Source: Bugula neritina | Taxonomy: Eukaryota > Animalia > Bryozoa | Direction: 5' to 3' | Length of the DNA stretch: 64,000 nt | NCBI GenBank assembly: GCA_964035545.1 | Contig: OZ037767.1 | Span: 28,164,628 to 28,228,627, forward strand | Part shown: in pieces, positions 56,001 to 64,000 of the stretch | How positions within the stretch are numbered: position 1 is the stretch's first letter | How the letters are laid out: every line of letters begins with the position of its first letter | The notes under the pieces: model-generated | What the model saw: only the letters and a program-made list of their open reading frames with translations | Database searches by the model: none | What the model was told of the DNA's origin: nothing | Program-made: the position numbers and the translations under genes

Positions 56001-56573
56001 TTCATTGCAACCACCACCATGTTGACCTACCGCTGGACAAGGTCGCACACAGCCTGCAAATCTCCAACAGAGTGATATCCAAACATCTGCCGAACAGTTA
56101 TAGTCTCTGATGCTGAGACTCGGCTGATGTTCATGAACAGTTGAAAGAGAAAAGCTGCTCCACTTTCCAGAACATCTGAACTGACTGAATCACCTACTAC
56201 AAAGTATCGCAAAACTAATCTGTAAAATTACAAATACAAAAGATTAATGTTCTATATTCAACGAGACATACCTGTTAACATCAAACACGTTTCAAAATTC
56301 TTACAACATACCGATGTTTTTTGAAGCTCCGAGTAGCTCTCGCAATAGAGAAACTAAAATTTCCTGCTTTTTTCGCAAAGCAAAAGCCTTGATGGTTGTC
56401 GAGAGCAGATTCCATTGCAGCTGGTTGGCAGCAGCTTGTTGGGCAGCTTTAGCTTTCAGCTTCTTTGCAACTAGTTGTTTGTATTCAGCATCTGAAGGCA
56501 ACTCATGGGGGACTGATAAATGAGCAAACGCCCGTAACGCAGTCGTCAGCCTTGGTACCTCAGTACTAGGCAT
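35010..56573 (-). CDS. ASCC3: Activating signal cointegrator 1 complex subunit 3 (Ski2-like tandem helicase), ~33 exons, 3' part not found in the window
   Basis: N-terminus [10 protein letters not shown]. Cassette 1: [46 protein letters not shown], then Sec63 and [11 protein letters not shown]. Cassette 2: [36 protein letters not shown]. The last recognisable exon (35136-35010) reads [11 protein letters not shown]...[15 protein letters not shown]. Confidence 0.95.
37771..37925. repeat. 19-bp minisatellite
   Basis: gccattacagaacaaagtt, ~8 copies, next to an ASCC3 splice donor. Confidence 0.9.
38645..38862. repeat. ~21-22-bp minisatellite
   Basis: actctacatgtgttga(a)cagt, ~9 copies. Confidence 0.85.
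39183..39255 (+). repeat. Possible degenerate tRNA-derived SINE head
   Basis: A-box-like tagctcagtagttgg and a poor B-box-like gggttggccc. No intact cloverleaf. Confidence 0.25.
42204..43979 (-). mobile_element. Tc1-family DNA transposon (1776 bp) in an ASCC3 intron
   Basis: TA target-site duplications at 42202-03 and 43980-81. 27-bp TIRs cagtgctgtgaaaaagtttaaggacgc (25/27 identical). Internal transposase fragments. Confidence 0.95.
42558..43580 (-). pseudogene. Tc1 transposase pseudogene
   Basis: Frameshifted fragments: HTH region with [39 protein letters not shown] (SPDLNPIE with the catalytic E lost), MPRRC. Confidence 0.9.
46946..47250. repeat. 18-bp minisatellite
   Basis: acagtaacttacatacgt, ~17 copies. 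Confidence 0.95.
50302..50400. repeat. 30-bp tandem repeat overlapping an ASCC3 splice donor
   Basis: gttttactctttagcagaatgcaaattaag x3, running into the donor at 50400. Confidence 0.85.
52610..52737. repeat. ~12-bp minisatellite
   Basis: cagtcacactat variants. Confidence 0.8.
54412..54665. repeat. Degenerate minisatellite
   Basis: cttacccacctacttagtta variants. Confidence 0.85.
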
Positions 56574-59178
56574 AGCATGAAGTCGCTGCCCACTATTGCG
56601 AGACAACACAACAGTAGTAGAATTCTGAACATTTATTTAGCTTACTAGTGACTAATCAGACCGTGATTGGTTGCCATAAAATTGAAGACTATGATAAATA
56701 GAATTGCAGCGAATGAGATTACAGTGATTACTGTTTACACAATTAAAACTTAAAAGTAACTAGCAACTTACTCTTAGTAACTGTAACTGTAAGTGTAAGG
56801 CGGTCTGATGATCATAATCATAATAATAAATCAATAATCATAAAGTGATCACTTAAAGTTAATGCCTAATACTAATAGTAATGGCAATGACGAATGCGAT
56901 AATCAATAATAATCACTAAATTGAATCAAAACGAAAATCCCAATTATAATGATATTGATTGTTAATGAATAATTTAAATTACAATGATTAAATAAAATTA
57001 AAAATAAATTTAATCATAATGATTAGGTTTAACTTTAAGTGATAATCATAAGCACTTGAGTTTTAAATTTAAAGTTAATGATACTGGTAGTGATATTGAT
57101 AATTATCATCATTACATAAATTAAATTATGTAGCACTAGCAACCACTGCAGTGCAATGTAATCACCAACTGCGTTTATAATCGTTGCTCATGTGTGGTGA
57201 AATTAAAGTCAGCTGCCTACTAAAGAAAGTTGCACCTGTAATAGAGGGCCTCATGTGCTGAGCCACGACTATAAAGTTCACTCATTATTTTTAGGTTATG
57301 TTGGCGAGTCAAGTCGTAGCTTCTTTTTTACAAAGTATCGTCTAAAGCAGCGCCGAGTTAGTAGTCAATAGAAGTATTGGTTTGTGGAAAGCAGTCAAGT
57401 TTGGAGTTTGTACTTGAGTCACCCCAACTAAATGCGGCTTCTAGCGTTATTCAACAATGTAATGCGCAGCTAGAAGTGCGCATCTGACAGCAGACTACAT
57501 TTGAACAGTTTAACTTGGACGAGCTGAGATTAATGGTACTGCTGGCATGTAAATTAGGAACTTATATCATTTTCTTAAATAACTTTTTATTTTGAAGCAC
57601 TTTATATTTTGAAAAAAAAAAGTTTATATATATCATTATCTGTGATAAAGAAAAAATATATAAAAGACAAACTTCACCCTGGCAAAGGCCTGATTTAAAA
57701 CAACACAAACTACCATAGTTTTCTAAAGAAATATATAGAGCATTTCAAAATGCAAATTGCAATATTATTCAATATACAAATGAAGATAGCAAAAAATCTG
57801 AACATAATAAATACTATATACCACAAAACGAAAGATAAGTCAAGATCAAAATATAATGAACGAGTACAATTATGCTTTCATTGCACCACAGTTTACTTAA
57901 GCCAAAATCACATGCCATTTTTAGGTAGTGCAATACTTGCATGCAGCAAATTGAGATATAAATCAATTTTCAATCTTTTCTTACTTGTGAATAGGCTAAA
58001 GATGTGTAAAATTAGAAAGGATTTTTCCAGTGGTAAATCTTGTCAAAATTTATGCTATGCTAAGTCAGCCAACACTCTAAAGTCTAAAAGGATGAACCAA
58101 CAAAAAGCAATGATGACACACCATGTCAAATAGCAGACATCAATGGCTGTTTAGTGCAGTATCTCCATTGAGTCTTAAGCTACAAAGGACAAGCTTTATC
58201 TCTGCAAGCACTAGCAACTGGTGCTACATGTCACACAACACCCATATCCTGTCATAGGTACAAAAGTCACGTAAGCATACAACACCAGCAACACTACAAT
58301 ATTTAACGCCACATAGAGCAGCCAGTGATATACCAACCCAGACTCTTGCCTGACAAAATTTACTCAATTTTCTGAGCTGAGTAGCCAACACAAAATTCTA
58401 TAGTCAACCATTGCAATTTGGTTGAGGGGTACAATAGTTATTATTTAATCAACAGCTGAAACCTGGTGAACCAGAATACAAGTAACTAAAGAAACAGCAA
58501 AGTTAGCTGCATTTCAGTAAAATATGCTGACTACTGATAAGCAACCAGAAGTCCACAAGTGACTGACTATTTAAAAAGCACACATAGCTCCTTAAAGTAA
58601 AACTCTTGCAAACATCAAAAGCATTTGATTGCAGATACAGTTGGACTTTTGACATCCATTCAAGAGTCTAGATAAAACTAGAATTATAGCAGGTTGGTGC
58701 TTGGTGTTTACAACTCACAGTAGAAAACACATCAACACTGTTAATGGAATATTCATGGAAGTATTTTATCACTTAGGGGCTAAACTCTTCAAACATTCTG
58801 GCAACTCCAGTTATACAAAGCACTTTCTGAACCACAAAACCTTTCTTGTAATATTATATACATCTTAAATATTCATGTCTAATGGCTAATACTAACACAC
58901 AATAAATGTGAAGCATCAAACTACATATTTGTGGATGTTATCACAAATGAAGGTTATATATATTCCATAGCTCTTATATCTTGTAAATAAAAACACTGCA
59001 GTTACATCAGGAGAGCTCTATTTTGTTACAGTCTCTGTGTAAACCAATATAAAAATTTTTAGCATGGCTGTCTAACAGCTTGCGAGTGAAGTACAAAAAA
59101 TACTAGAATATTGTAGTTGTATATCCAAGCAATCTTCGTGCAGCGCACACCTAACCCAAGTTCCACAAAGATGTAGCT

Positions 59179-62100
59179 TTAGTTCCTCAAAACCGAAGAA
59201 CACGCTTTAAGGAACTCTTCCCCATCACGCTTCATATATGAACAGACGGACAAAATCTTCTTTCCAACAGCTGTAAAAAACATGCATCATATACTCTTGG
59301 GGGAGCAGACATAAAATAAACTCATTCAACTGCAACTTCTAACCTATTTTAACTGCTCTATATATTTGAGAACTACAATAAGATTAAAATTATTATAATA
59401 TGCAAAAAATCATGCCAAAGCGAAAATTCATAAAAAATTACCACCTCAAAAAATAACACCTGAAATCGAATCATAACATTTACCTGGGCGTTTGCTCTCT
59501 TTAAAATCTACTCCACTGCCGTATGACTTCATCTTGTCGGTGAGGGTCTTTGTCTTATGCTGGCTATTCTCACAGATATAAACATTCTTCAATTCTGTCT
59601 TTTCAAGATCAGCCACACATTGGAGTATGATTTCAGCTGACTGCTCTTTGGTAACAAAGCCCCTCCTAGACACCACAACAAAGGTTAGCAGTCACTGAGA
59701 GTAGTGTATATCTGTCCTAGTGCATAACCTTATCCTGCTCTGAACTAAGCAGGTGTGTGACATTGACACTTAGCCTATGTTCCTAGCTTGCTTTGGAATC
59801 ACAGAAACATTGTTGAGACATCATTACATACAATTACACAGTCTCCTCATGTTTTAGATAGTATCTTGATAGGGCACATGGCAGTAGATATATAGTCGTA
59901 AATACCAACAATGAAGAGGCACTCAACTATAATACAGTGCTCCCTCCAAATCTCGCAGATCCATTTCTCACGAAATTCCATAGCTAACGAGAAGGGCTTG
60001 TATCTCTGTTTCGTGGCCTATGTATGTGTGTATAGTGACAAAATGGCCGAATTCAACAAATTCGTTATTTAAATCTGGTATCATACTATGTCACAGATTG
60101 AGGTTTCGAACCAGTATCTTAGTAAGATACGGAGGGAGCACTGTATTTTAATTGTAATTTGATTCAAGCAGCTTTTACTCAGTTTTATAATTTAATACAA
60201 ACATGAACACACACACACACACACACACTCAGTCATACACTCCATCATGCATACATATACTATGTCATTTATACAGAGGTAAGTGCAGCAATGGAGAAAT
60301 TGAGAAAAGCCTATGTTCTAGATTAAAAATATAGCATAAGAAGTTATGTTCTCGCAATAATTTCAACCAGTGCCACAAACTAAAATTTAATAATAAAATT
60401 AAAGAATTTAGGCTATCTCAATTTTTCCACTGCTGCTCCTAAGTGTATACACAATCATACATACATTAGCTAAGTCATATATTAAGTCATACAAACATAT
60501 ACCAAGTCATACACTCAGTTATACAAACATATACTATGTCATATACAAGTCATATTCTTACATATCACTGCCGATGAGATTAGTTACAATGCTGGTCAGG
60601 CCCAACTCACTAGCCCTTCGCAGAGCTCTTCTGAAGCCATTTCTCATTGAGCTCTGATCCTTGTTATCAACAACAATGACAATGTACATGTCATATAGCG
60701 TAGAGGATGAGCGACTTGTTACCTCTTGACAGGAACCAATCATGTCCAATTGGTCAGCCGTGTACCGTTGTCTCAAACTCCGAGCTGCCTGGTAGTCTGA
60801 AATGAGTTTAGTGAGTAGAAAAAACATCTGTTTAAGTGACAGTCACTTTTACCACATACTATCTATATACAGATTGGTGAATAGTTAATATTTAGTTCCT
60901 TGAAGTAAAATTTACAATACCTGCTATAGCAAGCACAGTTCCAACTCCCGAGTCCCGCATTTGGAGTTGCTGAGTCACTGCTATGACCATTGCGTCAGCC
61001 TTAACACATTGAATAGAATAACAGCACGCTACCACATTACACACACCAATCTTGTAATCATTGATCTGGTGGCATTCGTGAACATAAGCTATAACGTTGT
61101 GTCCTTTTGAAGCGTCTTGAAAGAACTTTTTATCCGTACCTAAAAGTTTGCCATAATTGTAATAACAGCTAAATTACAATTTCAATTATTTGCTGTTACT
61201 ACTCCATATTTAGAAGCTTTTAAAACCACTGAAAGACACAAAAACACCAATTATTTTCTAGCTTTTTAGTCTTTTAGTTGTGTTTAATTGAAAAATTACC
61301 TAGACTAAGCATGGTATTCATACAAACAAGACCACCAGATATTCTCATGAGAAACTATGAGCTCTAACAAGTGTTAGTCAAAAAGATAATAACTCTCAAC
61401 AGATCTGTATGATAGCAAATTTTAACCAATAAACAACATGTGACACTCACTCTCATCGATAATAACTTTGGTGAACTTTTTCAAGTTTCTTATCATGTTG
61501 AAGATAGCTTCCTTAGCACTGCTAACATCCTCCTCAACTTCTGAACTAATGCTTATGATTTTCTCTTTATAGTTATACCTACAAATAACCAAACAAAACA
61601 ACCTTTAATCTAAGGAACATAAAATATCTGTTATTTCTGTGTTATAAAAGACCCACTACAATCCATCTTGTTCAATGAGCTGCCACTCATAGCCATTCCA
61701 CAACATAACTATTGTAAACTATAAAAAGCAACGTAATTACTTCACAAAAACAAAACAACATCCATGATTAGAAATAGAGTATGGTGTCTAAGAACTTACT
61801 CAAACTTGCAGTTATCAATGAAGTCATCTGTCAAGATGTCTTTCAAGAACCTTTGGCAGAACTGGTACTCGATACGCTGGTGATTGTGGAAGAGTCTGAT
61901 CTGACTACTGGCAGCAGGGTCTCCGTGACTGCTGCCGCTGTAGTTCCTGGTTCTACTAGAAAAGACGGAGCTGCCACCAACACCGCTGCAGCTGTTTCGC
62001 CTCACTCTCAAGTCAGAAAAACCGGATGTCAGATCAAGCAGGTCTGTTCTGCTGCCACTATTCATGATTGGAGGTGTTGATGTTCTTACAGACATCAACT

Positions 62101-63026
62101 CCACAGCCCTCAAAGGAGCAACAGTCAAACCTGAGCCACTAGAATTAGTCTTTGGTCTTGTGCTGCCGTCTCCCCGAGCTGCTGACTCAACATCTTCCTT
62201 AAGGGAGAGCATCTTGATCAAATCTTGCTGAGCCGGTTTAACGGAGACAACCTGCACCTGGAGATATTGATAGAAGCTAGTTTACAGAAGACATATATCT
62301 AACTGTAGCAGCATATTGTAATAGTATTAAGAGAGTTCACAGCTTCTGTATAGTGCTACTATAAAGCCAAGTAAAGCTTTGCAGTTTTTCTGCAAAAGCT
62401 AATATTTGATTCAAGACCTATTCTATAAAGTCAAATTAATTCATTTCTACAGATCTTTTAATGTTCAACATAACAACAAAACAGATTAGCAGTGAGGAAT
62501 GAAGAGCAAAATTCTAAAACTTAAAGCTTATAAAACCAAATAACACATTACCTAATTTCCCAAAATGGAAGAACTTTGCAGAACCCTTGTATGACCCTCC
62601 TATACCATGAATTTATTTTTCAGTCAAGCATATCATTCAACTGAGTATAATTAGTAAATATTGTATAATATAAATAGAAAAAATATTATGCCTGGCTAAA
62701 TACTAAAATGGTTTTATTATTAGCCTGTGTGAATGCTTTTTTAAAGAATATAAAATAATTTCAAAACTCCCCGGCTAAATGGAGATAGATAGCCACATAA
62801 AAAGTGAATACACCAGCTAGCTGCAATATTCATTTGTTCAACTTTTTATAAGAAATATTCAGATCATTAGCAGCTATTACAATCCATAAAACTTCAGCAC
62901 AGGATAAAAATGTCCATACCTTGCCCGTTGAACCCGTGGGTCTAACAATATGGTAAGGAAGTTTCTTACGCCTCATGTACATTTCAATGTTCTGTTTTGT
63001 AGTTTTCTCCCAAAGTTCCATTGATG
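59179..63026 (-). CDS. Macrodomain-containing protein (PARP9/14-like module, divergent), probably 5'-partial; exons 63026-62920, 62257-61800, 61578-61451, 61139-60921, 60796-60562, 59665-59484, 59270-59179
   Basis: Phase-compatible GT-AG junctions. Macro-like segments KADAMVIAVTQQLQMRDSGVGTVLAIA, MRNGFRRALRRASELGLTSIVTNLIGS and KEQSAEIILQCVADL..TELKNVYIC, preceded by a KH-like segment EEDVSSAKEAIFNMI and a Ser-rich linker. Confidence 0.7.
59935..60143. mobile_element. Tc1/mariner(pogo)-type MITE, 209 bp
   Basis: Perfect 13-bp TIR cagtgctccctcc / ggagggagcactg flanked by TA on both sides. Confidence 0.8.
60285..60436. repeat. Small inverted-repeat element (MITE-like)
   Basis: gcagcaatggagaaattgagaaaagccta versus the reverse complement of the right arm, gcagcagtggaaaaattgagatagccta. 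Confidence 0.55.
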
Positions 63027-64000
63027 CTTGGAAAAGACATAGATAAAAGCTAGCATAAAACAGAGCAAAGTTTTATAAACAATAAGCGAAGTTAATTAAA
63101 ATTGCTTTCGAAAAAGATTAAAAACTAGCCAGACGTTAAAATTAAAAGTTTCTCTCAGGACCTATAAAGCTGATGACTTATAAGAATTGAGAGAGTTTAG
63201 TTAAATAGCATAATGTAAGTAAATAATACGCAATGACTCACAAAACATAGTAGGAAGAAGGGGGGGGCACAACGGTCCTAGGGGTACAAAAATCTGGCCA
63301 AATTGTGAGAGAACTTATTGACTTGAAGTTGTGATTTTTCTTCATAAAAAGATATTGATATAATTATTCAGCCTTTGTAGTTTCAACACTTGCGGAACAT
63401 ACGCGTTGAAAAGGCGAGTAAAAAACTGTTTTTACCTACTTTTTGTAAATTTTAAAGGATGTCGTTAAAGCTTTATAACTTTTTACACTCAAAGGCAAGA
63501 AGTCTATATTTTACTAATATTGTTGCCATTGCTTGTCTCTGCATTGCTTAACTAGTATAACAGCAAACTCTAAAATAAATTTTCCTTGAGCCACATTTAT
63601 TTTTAATTTGGCCACAGGGGCACAATGGGCCATCTGATTATTGCACCCTGATCACTGTTATTAGTTTGTTTGCCCAAAAAGTTAGTTGAAATCTTACTAA
63701 AATCCATAGATATAGCCATTTCTGACCTTTTTGTAAAATATCAAAGACGTCATGGTAAGACTACAAAACTACAAGTTGAAGCTCCCCTAATATATACATC
63801 TGGTGAGGTTAAAGCTTTGCCATTTTATACATAATACAAAACATTCTGCTCTTGCTACTATTAGATAGTCATGATATTCATTATGTATTACACCATTAGG
63901 GAATATACTGGAATATACATGTATTTGACTAAAATAAACTTGTGATTTGCTCATTTGCTCCCCCCTCTCCCTTCCGTACTCCAGTCACAAACCTCAGCCA

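Noticed and set aside
57750-58133. 127-aa + strand ORF
   Set aside because: AT-rich, no recognisable motif, and antisense to the probable 3' UTR of the macrodomain gene.

Overview
AT-rich, intron-rich animal (invertebrate-like) genomic DNA. The species cannot be identified from the sequence alone. Positions 1-34.2 kb (+ strand) hold a tandem array of five paralogous type I membrane-protein genes; the first is cut by the window edge. I reconstructed their exons by hand: signal peptide, one highly divergent 8-Cys SUEL/rhamnose-binding-lectin-like domain, a Thr/Pro stalk (a ~400-aa mucin in one copy), one TM helix, and Tyr-containing tails of very different lengths. A 3-exon type III membrane protein with an ITIM-consensus motif follows the array. 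A decayed TTAA-flanked Kolobok-like element carrying a P2X7-ballast-like pseudogene lies between the first two paralogs. Positions 35.0-56.6 kb (- strand) are ASCC3 (about 33 exons), with an intronic Tc1 element and many minisatellites. The last ~400 codons of ASCC3 are not visible, so the receptor array may be nested antisense in a >35-kb ASCC3 intron. Positions 59.2-63.0 kb (- strand) are the 3' part of a gene encoding a degenerate macrodomain protein. All gene models and domain calls come from reading the sequence by eye and need HMM and RNA-seq confirmation.
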